In this document: piece after piece, positions 24,726-37,234 of the stretch
Layout of the letters: the number at the start of each line of letters is the position of its first letter
How positions within the stretch are numbered: position 1 is the stretch's first letter
Assembly: GCF_006345805.1 (NCBI RefSeq)
Contig: NC_043013.1
Span: 46,066,001-46,130,000 of the forward strand
Origin: Octopus sinensis
Taxonomy: Eukaryota
Length of the DNA stretch: 64,000 nt
Direction: 5' to 3'
The notes under the pieces: model-generated
What the model was told of the DNA's origin: nothing
The model's input: only the letters and a program-made list of their open reading frames with translations
The model's database searches: none
Position numbers and translations under genes: made by a program

Positions 24726-27039
24726 TCCTAATGATTGTGATACTCTAAAATGAACTTAATCAAAGAATTGAAAGCCACAGATCTCAGTATGGACCACCGA
24801 TTGTACCTCCCAAAAGTTAAAATTGGTACTGAAACAACATGTGCAGTAGCCTCTGTGGCCACAAAAGAAGCTGGATACTCCCTCAAACCCATCCAAACAA
24901 GAGTACCACCACCCAAATAAACCCTGTTGCTAAATAATATCCAGAAAAAAATGGAAAACAATCGAAAAGATCTGTCAATACTTAACGAAACTAGTAGACA
25001 ATCAACACTACTAAGCAACAAAAAAAGAAAAATATTGTGTAAATACAAAATTACGGAAAAAGGTTTACCTGAGATAAAAGAACGGCTGAAGCAAGATATC
25101 CTGGTCAAAGCATAAAGAATCCACCTGTATGAGAAACGCCAACGTTTCTTCGAACAAAACAAACAGTTCAACTCCAACCCCAAAAGATTCTACCAAGAAC
25201 TTGGTAAAAATAAAATAGACATTAATGCAGCACCAACAGCAGAAGAATTGAAAGAATTTTGGAATGAAATATAGTCGGCGAAGGAACAACCTCATAAAAG
25301 GTTTATCAAAACAACGAACTCAGCACATGAACAACTCTGAACCCCTATAAAAGCTGAAGAGGTCACCCAGGCACTTCAAAAACTAAGCAACTGGAAGGCA
25401 CTCGGGCACGATAAGATCCCCAACTTATGGTTTAAATATCTGACAGGAACACATAAAAAGCTGGCTGAGAAATTTAATGACATACTAGCAGAACCAGGGA
25501 CAATGCCTGAATGGCTCACGGAAGGGAAAATTATTCTAATTCCCAAATCCACTGAAACGGCAAACCCGCAAAATTACAGACCAATAACTTGTCTCCCTAC
25601 AATTTACAAAGACTTCACTGCAATAATATCGCAGAGAATAAGCAAGCATCTGGAAGAATACAGCCTATTTCCAGAAGTACAAAAGGGATGCTGCAAGGGC
25701 TCATACAGCTGTAAAGATCAATTAATGATCAATAAAGCCATAACTGAAGACAGCCGCAGAAAGAAGAAAGGTCCAAGTATGGTCTAGATCGATTACAGAA
25801 AGGCTTTTGATAGTATTCCCCACACATGGATCCTAGAAACACTAACCATGAACAAGGTAGTACCAATAATCATAGAATATATAACATTCCATGAATAAAT
25901 GGCAGACAACACTACAGTTTCAAACAAAAGAGTAATCACATCAAGACATCATAGATGCGTTGTTTGCTGCAAATCAAAGTAATTCTATATAAGTGTACAT
26001 CTGTTCGAATAATTTATCTCGTAATAATGCCTTGATTCTTGTTACCATTCAGTTTTTTTTCTACCTTTAATTGTTTGGACAGATATATGCAGGTCCGTTC
26101 ACTAATTTCTTTTCTGAAAACTTTTAAATAATATTTTTGTTTGCTTTTCGAAATGAGTTGTCCATTTACCGTTCTGGCGGCGAGGTAATGGAATTGTTAC
26201 CGTGTCGAACAAAATGCATAGCATTATTTCCTCGGGCTGTTTACGTTTTGGGGTTCAAATGCCACAGAGATTGACTTTACATTTCATCTTTTCGAGATCG
26301 ATAAAGCAAGTACCAGTCGCGCACTGGGGTTACATAATCAGCTTGCTTCTGTCCTCAAAACTGCTAGCCTTTTGCCAAAGTTAGATAGAGTCTACCATTC
26401 TGGTAAGAAAAGAATTTCTTTCTGACTCATGTGGAGAATTGCAGCGCATTTTCGAATAAATGTAGGATAAAATATATAAAGTGGTTCTCTTGAAACGCCG
26501 AAACGGAAGCAAAATAATATGTATTTTAGGGAGAAAAAAACCCATTCATTTTAAAAGCGACGAGTATTTCGAAGAAACAAAAAAAAATTAAGGTAACGTA
26601 TAAGTATTTAATTAAAGATAAGATTAAAAGTAAACTTTAATTTTAAGATGTAATGATGTACAAGAGTCAGCAATACTTTAAAAGTAGTTGAATTACGAGG
26701 GAAAAAAATTTAGGTAACTTAGAAGTATCTAATTAGGTAAATGTGGAGAAGCAGAGTGGATTCTCGAGAAAATGGGTAATCTATAAAAACATCATCGAAA
26801 ACCAAATATTGCTTACTTTCATTTTAAGAAACAAACAAGCGAAAAGATATTTTGGTAACTTGGAAGTATTTAATTAGAAGCAACATTAATCATAAGAAAT
26901 AATGATGTATAAGTTAGTACAATTTTGGAAAAGATACAATTTCCTCGATGTTGCTCCTTTTGTACGCCACAGAAATTCGAAAATATACGACTAAAGAATA
27001 TTGGTTTCGAATTTTAGCACGGACCAGCAATTTTAGGGG

Positions 27040-27375
27040 TAGGGTTAAGTCAATTACATCGACCCCACTGTGTTCAGCTGGTACTTATTTTAACGACCCC
27101 GAAAGGATGAAAGGCAAAGTCGACCTCAGCGGAATTTGAACTCAGAACGTAGCGACAGACTAAATACCTATTTCTTTACTACCTAAAAGGGGCTAAGCAC
27201 AGAAGGGAAAAATAAGGACAGATAAACTGATTAAGTCGATTGTATCGATCCCAGTGCGTAACTGGTACTTATTTAATCGACCCCGAAAGAGATGAATGGC
27301 AAAGTCGACCTCAGCGGAATTTGAAGTCAGAACGTAAAGACGAACGAAATACCACCAAGCATTCTACCCACTGCC
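27040..27375 (-). mobile_element. SINE family A dimer, diverged
   Basis: Homology to the A consensus. A further headless A unit lies at about 27690-27870 (-). Confidence 0.75.
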
Positions 27376-27883
27376 CTTTTCTAAGAAAATATTAACAGGT
27401 AAACCATTGAGATTAATCGTTAAGAAAGCTTAATGAGATATAGACTCACCATGCTGTCTCCCTTACTTACTAGCCAAAACAGTAATGTTAATTAACCCAT
27501 TATTTTTTTGCCAAGCATTTTATTTACATCTACAGTGGTCATGCATGATATTGACTATGTCAGGAATAATCTAAACCGCATTTTTAATGAGTAAATATTA
27601 GTATGGACAAGTGATTATCGATAACTAGTAAGTTTTTACAGTTCTAGCAAGTAAATGTGAAGGATTTTAAAGCAAAATGGCCCATTTTTTTTACTCGGCG
27701 GAATTTGAACTCAGAACGTAACGGCTAACGAAATACCTATTTGTTTACTGCCCACAAGGGGCTACACACAGAGAGGACAGACAAGGACAGACAAACGGAT
27801 TAAGTCGATTATATCGACCCCAGTGCGTAACTGGTACTTATTTTATCGACTCCGAAAGGATAAAAAGCAATGTGGACCTCCGC

Positions 27884-28085
27884 AGGGGTCTGGAAAGCAT
27901 AACCATGGAAGGAAGGGTAGGCGGTGGTAGATAAGAGTGGCGGGCAAAGAACACAATGGATGGATAATATTAAGAGTTGGTTGGACCAGAGTGGCAAGGC
28001 AACTGAGAACTTGCGTTTAATCAGGTGACCTTTTGTTGTAGCGTTATCAATGCACTGCATCGTACGATACACAACGACGACGAAA
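27884..28085 (+). mobile_element. RTE-like LINE 3' end
   Basis: LESITMEGRVGGGR and GGQRTQWMDNIKSW (G.R.RGR....W.D.IK motif), ending in a CGACGACG tail. Confidence 0.6.
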
Positions 28086-28499
28086 ATAGGAAGAAAGCGT
28101 GAGATTTAATTAGGTTATCCAATTAAATTGGCCCAGAGCTTGACTGGTACTGTATGATATCGACCTCGGAAGGATATAAGGCAAAGTTGACTGCGGCTAG
28201 ATTTGAACTTAAAACGCAAAAGTTCCAGAAATGTCCTTACTGTAGAACTTATCTGAAATTTCAGCTTAAGTGGCTGTGTGGTAAGTAGCTTGCCAACTAA
28301 CCACATGGTTCCGGGTTCAGTCAGCTCTGCTGTATGTATTTATATTAGGTCTTTCATTTGCGAATAACGTGAAGCATCGCTTTTTACTGAGTTGTTTTTT
28401 TTATTACTTCCATATCACCCAGAAGTCTTAGAGGTATCGCAAAACTCAAGGCTACTATCTTTCTTCTTTTGACAGAACTATAGTCTAGCCCTAACTCTA

Positions 28500-28910
28500 A
28501 CTCTCTCTTTTACTCTCTTTTACTTGTTTCAGTCATTTGACTGCGGCCATGCTGGAGCACCGCCTTTAGTCGAGCAAATCGACCCCGGGACTTTTGTAAG
28601 CCCAGTACTTATTCTATCGGTCTCTTTTTGCCGAACCGCTAAGTGATGGGGACGTAAACACACCAGCATCGCTTGTCAAGCGATGATGGGGGACAAATAC
28701 AGACACACAAACATATACACACACATACATATATATACATATATACGACAGGCTTCTTTCAGTTTCCGTCTGCCAAATCCACTCACAAGGCTTTGGTCGG
28801 CCCGAGGCTATAGCAGAAGACACTTGCTCAAGATGCCACGCAGTGGGACTGAACCCGGAACCATGTGGTTGGTAAGCAAGCTACTTACCACACAGCCACT
28901 CCTGCGCCTA
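28500..28910 (-). mobile_element. SINE family B
   Basis: Homology to 4048-4479. Confidence 0.85.
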
Positions 28911-29484
28911 ATATTTTTTTTTAAAAAGCGTCTATATTTTATTATGTATACTTATCAGATAAGATAACGAGTTTTGGTTTATCATCTTATGTTATGGGGG
29001 TCAAGTTAGATAATCAGGTATTCCAGTAACTTCTTTCAGTGACACATGTTACAACTCTCGCCGTGTCATTGATTACTACGTAACAGTTACTATATGCTTT
29101 ATCAATTTTTCACGTACGGTTGCTGTCACTTTATGACAAACAAGTTATATCATAGGTTAATAATGGCTCCAACAGCGTAACCTTGTATTGCCTTTGATTA
29201 GGGATTGATTTCACTGTTTATTTTCAATTCAAACGCTCACAATCGCAATGTGGCATTCTTGGTGATTATTATCTTTGAGATGATTATTATCTACGAGGCA
29301 GTTGTAATGATCATAGCTTATTGTATATCATTACCAGTATACCATTACCATATGTCTAATAAGCTGACCTGCCAAAGTTCGTTATTCCAAACTGAAGGAA
29401 TTGACTGTAACAGCTATTTGAACACACCCTACTAAATAAACACTCCTTGGTACAACTGACTAATTTTTAGAATGTAGACGTTTG

Positions 29485-30160
29485 GAACTCGTTATGCAAT
29501 TAAGTGTTTTTTGTGTTAAGGGTTGGTAAAAACGCTTCAGAAACTTATGAGATGCTCCAGACTGCTTTTCGATTAACTTTTTCGCTGGTACAAGCGGTTT
29601 AAGGACAGTAGAGAGGAGGTGAAAGACGATGAGAAGAGTAGGAGAGAAAGACAGATGTCAAAACATCAGAGATGGTTGAGAAAATTTGCAACTTTTTGGA
29701 TGAAGACTATCGTGTTTCTATAAAGACAATAAGGCGTACAGTTTGAAATTAATGTAGTGACTGTACACAGAATTATTCATGAAGATCTGAAGAGGTGCAA
29801 AATTTGAGTAAAATTTGTTTCCGGAGTACTCAGTGACAAGCATCCTGGTAACCAACGACTTGACAGAGTTAGGCATCAAAACTGTCCCTCATCCTCCCTG
29901 CAGTTCAAATCTTGCTCCTTGTGACTTTTGGTTGTTCCTCAAATTGAAGGAAACTTCAGGGGCAATCGTTTTGAAGAGGAAGAAGGCTGTAACAAGGGTT
30001 CTGGACATTTTCACCTTGGAGAGCCTCCACTGACCTTCACAAAAAGTGCAATGATATCAGTGGATTCTACTTTGAAGGAAATTAGAGTTTTGTACTTATC
30101 TGAAACTAATAAATTTCTCTCCTGAAAAAGTTTGAAAACTTCTGGGATGCACCTTGTATG
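29485..30160 (+). mobile_element. Internally deleted mariner transposase remnant
   Basis: YAIK..GKNASETYEMLQTAF..WYKRFKDSREEVKDDE and TVPHPPCSSNLAPCDFWLFLKLKE (YSPDLAP-type motif). Confidence 0.8.
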
Positions 30161-31039
30161 TTATAAAGCGGTGAACTGGCAAAGTAGGAGAGGGTGGTTC
30201 AAATCCTGTCGAGGCTAACTTTACCTTTCATCTTTTCAGTTTCTATAAATTAAATACCAGTCCAGGTCGGTGTATGTGCGGAACGGTTAGAGCACCGGAA
30301 GGGAAGCATGCAAGATCTGTTCGAACTCTGAGTTCTGAGTTCAATTCTCATTCCTTGCTTTCGAAATAAACAAAAGAGACTAAAAGAATAAAGACCGGGA
30401 ATCTTTTTGTCAGAACTTGTGGCCCACAAATAGTAACAGCAATGGTGGGAAAACCACATGGAAACACAACTTCCATGGTTTTATACGAAGATCGACCACC
30501 ACCACCATATATATCCAATAGCACAGTATCACAGTATCGACAAGGCCATCAGATGTTACACACTACTGGTCACAATGCGCTTCCAATTTTGTCTTGATTG
30601 CACCATTCTTTTCCATCTTAAAATGTATCCTGTATACAAAGCAAAAGGTCCTGTTGTTGTCTCTGTCCCCTACGCTACTTGGGATTTGGTGCACCTCGGC
30701 CTGTTGGTGGCACTTTTATCCTGTATAAATTTCTGTTGCATTCTATAATTTGTTCTTACACATATCTAGATGATGTGTTGGAGCAGATGTTGTCTACTGA
30801 ACTGAATACGAGCTCGCTCTGATCAATAAGTAACCGAATTGTTGGCATAGTAACAAAGCTAAAGCACGCAGAGTGAAGCCTCTTGGCAAAGTTTGACCTC
30901 GAACTCTGTTGTGCATGCGTACTAAGTTTTAACGTTCTTAGCTAACTTCCGTTATTTAGAGCAGTGCGTGGAAGGAAGGTGTGTAGCATGTGGTCGTCGC
31001 ATTGACCATGACAGATAAAGTTGTCGTGGCGATACCTGC

Positions 31040-31165
31040 TCACAGGCCTATGTAAAGTTGCAGAAAGTGTATGGAAAGGAATGTATGAACCTCATGCAAG
31101 TGTACGAGTAGTTCAGATGTTTCCAAGATGGCCGAAAAATTGTCGATTTCGACGAACCGTCTGGT
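31040..31165 (+). mobile_element. mariner transposase N-terminal fragment
   Basis: QAYVKLQKVYGKECMNLMQVYE*FRCFQDGRKIVDFDEPSG. Confidence 0.6.
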
Positions 31166-31436
31166 GTTTCGGTCCTTAACTCTTTACGACTCTAAAGAGT
31201 CCGGACAGCGTCCTGGTCAAGACTCTTTCATACCTCTTAGCTGTCACATTCTGCGCATTTGTCTGCATTACAGCCTTCCTGAGTCGGTGAATCACACCAG
31301 AGCCAAGATATCTCAGGTGTCATAAGCAGTTCAGTCCGAGACCAGATCCAGATGGAACTCCTCTTGGTTGCTTCAGCCACGACTTCAAAAACTTTGGTTA
31401 TAAATGTTAGTTAATCTCGGATAACTCTGTAGAACA

Positions 31437-31673
31437 ATTGCAGCGTGGAAGGTGTTTATAAGCCATTTAAGAAACACACAAAAACCGTTAGATTCACTTC
31501 AACATTTAAATTTAATTTGTCAAAATGTTTTCGTCGCTTTGAGACCGCGACCTGTTCACTGACAAAACTTCGTGCTGTGTGTTTCTTAAATGGCTTATAA
31601 ACACCTTCCACGCTGCAATTGTTTTCCTTCCAGCACACGATCTCAGATCAAGTCACTCGCTATGCAAGTACAT
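31437..31673 (-). mobile_element. Penelope-like insertion with 48-bp inverted repeat, hammerhead and 12-bp TSD
   Basis: CTCTGTAGAACA at 31425-31436 and 31674-31685. Perfect inverted repeat 31433-31480 / 31576-31623. Confidence 0.7.
31516..31566 (-). ncRNA. Minimal type I hammerhead ribozyme with swapped G3-C8 core
   Basis: Minus strand: TTTGTCA-GTGAACA-G-GTCGC-GGTCTCAAA-GCGAC-GAA-AACATT-T-TGACAAA; 7-bp stem I, 5-bp stem II. Confidence 0.75.
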
Positions 31674-32207
31674 CTCTGTAGAACAGTTAAACATACCTTT
31701 AAAGGGTCTTTTTTCGATGGGAGTTTAACTATTTACCTTAACTAGACACAATATATCCACGAACTGCGTCGAACAGAACTAGGTTTACATTGCATCGTTT
31801 CTATGGACATTCTTACTTCTGATTAGGTTTATTTAACTTCTGAGAAGGGGTTCGTTCTAAAAAGAGTATACTTATTGATTATTCTCTTATTCTCCTCTCA
31901 GTTGGGTTCTATAAATGATTACATTCATTTAAAGATATTTTCTTTGATATATCTTTCTATTTTAGAAAATAAATATAAGATAAAAAATTCGTTGAGTTCT
32001 TTAAGATGCAGAAACGAAAGGACTATTTTAAGGAATCTTTTTTTTTTTTCACTCAGTTGAGAGCGTTGCCGAAGAAACTAATATAGTATTCATTATCTGC
32101 CATAATATCCACAAATACCGCAGACGACAACGGCATGTAATGTGCCTCGATGACTGCAGATAGTTCTAGATCCCAATGTTGGACAGATTTGGTTTTAATG
32201 TTAAGCA

Positions 32208-32601
32208 GGAGGCGCAATGGCCAGTGGTTAGGGCAGCGGACTCGCGGTCGTAGGATCGTGGTTTCGATTCCCAGACCGGGCGTTGTGAGTGTTTATTGAG
32301 CGAAAACACCTAAAGCTCCACGAGGCTCCGGCAGGGGATGGTGGTGATCCCTGCTGTACTCTTTCACCACAACTTTCTCTCACTCTTACTTCCTGTTTCT
32401 GTTGTACCTGTATTTCAAGGGGCCGGCCTTGTCACTCTCTGTGTCACGCTGAATATCCCCGAGAACTACGTTAAGGGTACACGTGTCTGTGGAGTGCTCA
32501 GCCACTTACACGTTAATTTCACGAGCAGGCTGTTCCGTTGATCGGATCAACCGGAACCCTCATCGTCGTAACCGACAGAGTGCTTCCATTGTATATTTAA
32601 C
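32208..32601 (+). mobile_element. tRNA-derived SINE, head C + tail X
   Basis: GGAGGCGCAATGGCCAGTGGTTAGG box A, GTTTCGATTCCC box B, TSD TGTTAAGCA (32199-32207 / 32602-32610). Confidence 0.9.
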
Positions 32602-32660
32602 TGTTAAGCACATAATGGCGAGAACAGGTGAGAGTTAGACACAATACAGCACAACACAAA

Positions 32661-32704
<44 letters not shown>

Positions 32705-33039
32705 GCGCTCTTTTTTACACTTACTCTCACATGTTTTTACTTCAATATTTATAAACCTGATGGATTCTGTAATTTGATTCCTAATTGACAAATATTGAAA
32801 AAAAAGCCATTAACTTAAAGGCGAACTTTGAGAATCATTTGTTGCTGATGTTGTTGTGTATCCCCGGGTCAGCCTTGATCGAGCAGGTCTGGGATTAAAA
32901 GATTTCTAGCCACAACCATTCTGTATTTTTTTAGACACAGTTTATCTCAGACAACAACATTTAACGTCTGCGGCGCCAATATTTCGCTGCTATTTCTAAT
33001 AGGACTTGTCTCCATCAGCACAAAAACAACCCTTACACA

Positions 33040-33960
33040 CATCAAGTAAGCATTTTCGTACTCACGCCCAATCTAAGCATGAACATAATAGATGAATCCT
33101 CCAGGTCGCTGCGAATTCTAGGTTTCACCTTCACTAAGGACCTTCCTTGGCGAATGCACTTCCTCAACATAGCAAAGACCGCATCGCAAAAACTGTATTT
33201 CCTCTTCAGAACCAGAGAAATACTCCTACCACCATCCATACTAATCCTCTACAAAGCTCAGATGAGTCACACAATGAAGTATCGTTCACTCAATTGCAAC
33301 GCTGCTGTTACTACTGTTACATATTCTGACTCGCTAAGAAAGGCCCATCTGATTGCTTGATATCAAATTCTATGAAGCACTCCGTCGGTTACGACGTCGA
33401 GGGTTCCGGTTGATCCGATCAACGGAACAGCCTGCTCGTGAAATTAACGTGTAAGTGGCTGAGCACTCCACATACACGTGTACCCTTAACGTAGTTCTCG
33501 GGGATATTCAGCGTGACACAGAGAGTGACAAGGCCGGCCCTTTGAAATACAGGTACAACAGAAACAGGAAGTAAGAGTGAGAGAAAGTTGTGGTGAAAGA
33601 GTACAGCAGGGATCACCACCATCCCTGCCGGAGCCTCGTGGAGCTTTAGGGATTTTCGCTCAATAAACACTCACAACCCCAGTCTGGGAATCGAAACCGC
33701 GATCCTACGACCGCGAGTCCGCTGCCCTAACCACTGGGCCATTGCGCCTCCACTGATATCAAATTACTCACCGACGCAGTGCTTTCACTTCTTCCTGTTT
33801 CCTCTACCACTACCACAATGGCCTCTGCTCCTCATAACTGACTGATCATGGGCCACCGATATATATCTACTTCCTATTCACACGTCTCCTCTCGTCATCA
33901 TGTTGTGTCTACACTCAAGGTCCAGCACAAACCATTCATGTGCAATCTTCCCTGTTTAAG
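33040..33960 (+). mobile_element. CR1/Jockey-group LINE RT C-terminal fragment interrupted by a SINE
   Basis: LRILGFTFTKDLPW..H...IAKTASQKLYFL.R...LYKAQM, resuming after 33765 with HRRSAF...FLYHYHNGLCS. Confidence 0.65.
33370..33753 (-). mobile_element. tRNA-derived SINE, head C + tail X
   Basis: Near-identical inverted copy of 32208. TSD TGATATCAAATT (33358-33369 / 33754-33765). Confidence 0.9.
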
Positions 33961-34124
33961 TAGCCAAGGATCCCCAATGAAGTGTATTCGTCTCGACCAG
34001 ACTTAGAAGTGATGACTAACAAAGAGGTCGTCGGCTTTCTGAGATTCCTTCCCCTGTATATGTAATTTGTTTTTGTTTCCTGAAGCTGTCAGCTTGCAAC
34101 TGTGCGAGAAGAAGGTTAACTATA

Positions 34125-34293
34125 TAGGCGCAGAAGTGGCTGTGTGGTAAGTAGCTTGCTAACCAGCCACATGGTTCCGGGTTCAGTCCCACTGCGTGGC
34201 ATCTTGGGCAAGTGTCTTCTGCTATAGCCCCGGACCGACCAATGCCTTGTGAGTGGATTTGGTAGACGGAAACTGAAAGAAGCCTGTCGTATA

Positions 34294-34352
<59 letters not shown>

Positions 34353-34360
34353 ATATATAT

Positions 34361-34415
<55 letters not shown>

Positions 34416-34625
34416 TTGTGTGTCTGTGTTTGTCCCCCTAGCATTGCTTGACAACCGATGCTGGTGTGTTTACGTCCCCGTCACTTAGCGGTTCGGCAAA
34501 AGAGACCGATAGAATAAGTACTGGGCTTACAAAGAATAAGTCCCGGGGTCGATTTGCTCGACTAAAGGCGGTGCTCCTGCATGGCCGCAGTCACTTGACT
34601 GAAACAAGTAAAAGAGTAAAAGAGT
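34125..34625 (+). mobile_element. SINE family B with expanded internal (TA)n
   Basis: Homology to 4048-4479. Confidence 0.9.
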
Positions 34626-35503
34626 ATATCGATCACACTTGTCGGAGGGCACGTGAAGGGCTTCAATGCAATCATTTCTTCAAGACCAAACCAATAAAGA
34701 CATTGTTTAAATTCAACCTATCACTGGTAACATTCTGAAAAGATCTGGGAAACTATTTTTTATACTTAGGTTAAATATGGAATAGGAAAGAAATGTTCTG
34801 CCTAGATACACAGCATAACGACTACATATGATTTGAACTCACAATGTACGAGTAACTAGTCCAATAATGTATCCACTCAGCAAATTCGTTTCCACAAACT
34901 GTTGATATTAGACAGGCTCAGTAAATGGCTTTAACATTAATACGATGGATTTATTTTAATGAGATTTATGCTTGGAATCTGCCACATGATATCACACCTT
35001 ATCGTATAGAGCATATATCAAGCGCAGTGATTTACTAATAATGTTATTATCTAAGAATTTACTTAACTCATCTTGAAAAGGAGCTGTGATAGTTACATCA
35101 CACTGCAGATTTAACAGTATCTGATTCAGGTGACAGTCATTGTAGATTACGACAAAAGGATTCGCAATATTTGCTTCGGATTTCTGCGCTCTGAGAACAG
35201 ATCCCACTGAAGTCATCTTTACCATTCGTCCTTCTGAGGGTCGATAAATAAAGTACCGTTCAGGGCAAATTATACTCTACTGCTTTAAACAAAAAAAGAA
35301 GAAAGAAGTATGTTTGATATTGTGGTCTCAAATACAATATGTTTGAAAAAGAAAAAAATAAATGAAAGACTGTATGGTCGTGGTTGCAATGTTTTTGGCC
35401 CTAAATCTGCTCCACCAGACCCTGGGTTAAACAGAAGCAGTAACAGCAGTGGCAAGAGCAACGACAGCAGCGGCAGTAGCAACAACAACAACAACAGCAA
35501 CGA

Positions 35504-36057
35504 GTGGAGCCGCAATGGCCCAGTGGTTAGGGCAGCGGACTCGTGGTCGTAAGAACGCGGTTTCGATTCCCAGACCGAGCATTGTGAGTGTTTATTAAGC
35601 AAAACACCTAAACTCCACGAGGCTCCGGCGGGGAGGGTGTGAACCCCGCTGTACTCTTTCACCACAACTTTCTCTCGCTCTTTCTTCCTACTTCTGTCAC
35701 AAAGCAGAGGAACCGTGGTGTAACCCACTTTGGTGTGGTAAACTTTCAGACCCTAGTCTAGTCTAGATTGCGAATCCTCTGTACCCCTGGATGGTTCAGC
35801 TCTCAACCCGTTAAAAGCCCCCGTTTACGGAATGAGGATAACAACGTAGCTTTCGGGCCCGTGCAACCGCCAGTCTTTCGCGTGTGGTGGATGGATCTTC
35901 GAGTTGCCACACGCATTCTTGGTAGCTTAGAGTAGGCGCGAATTAGAGATTATTCTTTGTGGCTAATGGCGTGAGTCCTGATTGGAAGAAGAAGAAGAAG
36001 AAGAAGAAGAAGAAGAAGAAGAAGAAGAAGAAGAAGAAGAAGAAGAAGAACAACAAC

Positions 36058-36090
<33 letters not shown>
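35504..36090 (+). mobile_element. SINE head C followed by an unrelated ~285-bp GC-richer module and (GAA)n(CAA)n
   Basis: Head C at 35504-35700, unique module at 35701-35985, microsatellite at 35986-36090. Confidence 0.55.
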
Positions 36091-36091
<1 letters not shown>

Positions 36092-36223
36092 TGTTAACTA
36101 ACCCCATTCTAATGTTATAACCTGGACATAACGTTCCATCTAACCTACCTTCTACATTAGGGCAGTTGGCTGGACAAAGAACAGAGTGCTGTATAAATAA
36201 ATGTCTTGTAATATTTCGTTTTG

Positions 36224-36316
36224 GGATTTGGTTTGCAAGATTCTTTATATGAGTTCGTGTGTTGAAGCATATTCTGTTGTGTCTGGGGAGAGTCATTCTC
36301 TTTTAGTGCCTTATTA
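36224..36316 (-). mobile_element. Short truncated copy of the 17225-17576 family with 18-bp direct flanks
   Basis: TTGTAATATTTCGTTTTG at 36206-36223 and 36317-36334. The interior matches about 17235-17325. Confidence 0.7.
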
Positions 36317-36745
36317 TTGTAATATTTCGTTTTGTCTGTTAATGTTATGAAATCTTATCCTATCCAGATTAACTTTTATCTTTCCATGTTGAATAAAATA
36401 AAAATAAGTCTGTCAGTTATAATCTCTTACATATAAGGGTTGACCTGATTCTTTGAGTCTTGTCGAGGTTAACGATGGTCTTTCAGGCTTTGGAGATCTC
36501 GTATTGGGAGGGAGCAGTCCTAACTCTTCAGCATTGCCAGATCGTCTTTCTGTCTGTCTGTGTTTGTCTCTGTGTCTGTCTATCTGACTGACTGCTGTCT
36601 ATCTGTCTGTGCGTGTCTATCTGTCTGTTAGTCTCTCTGTCTCTGTCTCTGTCTGACACTCTCTCTGTCCCTGCCTCTGTCTGTCTGTGTGTCAGTCAGT
36701 CAATCACGCTGTCTCTATGTGTCTGTCTTTCTCTCCCCCTCCCAA

Positions 36746-36779
<34 letters not shown>

Positions 36780-37234
36780 GGACAAATCCTCAGCGACCAG
36801 GTTTCGATGTCCAGACACGCCGTATGTCCCTACGACGCCTCTACAACTCAATCAGAAGTCGAAGACTCAAGTCAATCCTCTCACTTGCCAGTTTGTGGAT
36901 CGGAGTAAATGTCGCCGACAGAATGAAATACGCGCTCGACTGACCTGCTAAATACAATAACCAAGTTTCTCTCTCCTCATACCACATATAATCGTCTTAA
37001 AATTCGAACGGGCACATTACATAATATAGGTCTAGATATATGTGTGCCTATACCTGATAAAAATGGGTGAATCGCAAGTCGAATGTTTTTGAAAGCGGTC
37101 TGTGAGATCACAGATGGTCTGAGGCTAAACAAAACCGTTATATGGAAATAGAAAAGAAACGAGTGCCCTGGGCTAAACGCATAACAAATATTGGGTTTCG
37201 CTTCTTTGAATTATCAAGTTAAATTTCTCGTCTG

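Larger units (their letters stand above)
24054..25900 (+). mobile_element. R4/Dong-clade LINE fragment (N-terminal region to RT domain), interrupted at 24374-24725
   Basis: NPNKLANIRRYILK; WLTEGKIILIPK...NPQNYRPITCLPTIYK...QKGCCKGSYSCKDQLMINKAI...IDYRKAFDSIPH, with several stops. Confidence 0.85.

Noticed and set aside
26590-26880. Three loose copies of GGTAAC(G/T)T...AAGTAT(T/C)TAATTA spaced about 120-140 bp apart
   Set aside because: Degenerate and AT-rich; most likely an old eroded tandem repeat.
32208-32285. tRNA genes at SINE heads
   Set aside because: Box A/B are present, but there is no complete cloverleaf with an acceptor stem, and each continues into a SINE body.
35704-35820. HDV-like ribozyme: GCAGAGG pairs with CCTCTGT (35776-35782) with a G-U at position 1
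   Set aside because: Only P1 fits. The adjacent hairpin has a 3-nt loop instead of an L3, and I could not place P2, P1.1 or a J4/2 catalytic C.
36776-36815. Minus strand TCTGGACA-TC-GAAACCTGGTC-G-CTGAGGA-TT-TGTCCCAGA, with hammerhead core pieces in permuted order
   Set aside because: Stem I is absent, so it cannot fold as a hammerhead. At most it is a deletion junction between tandem copies.
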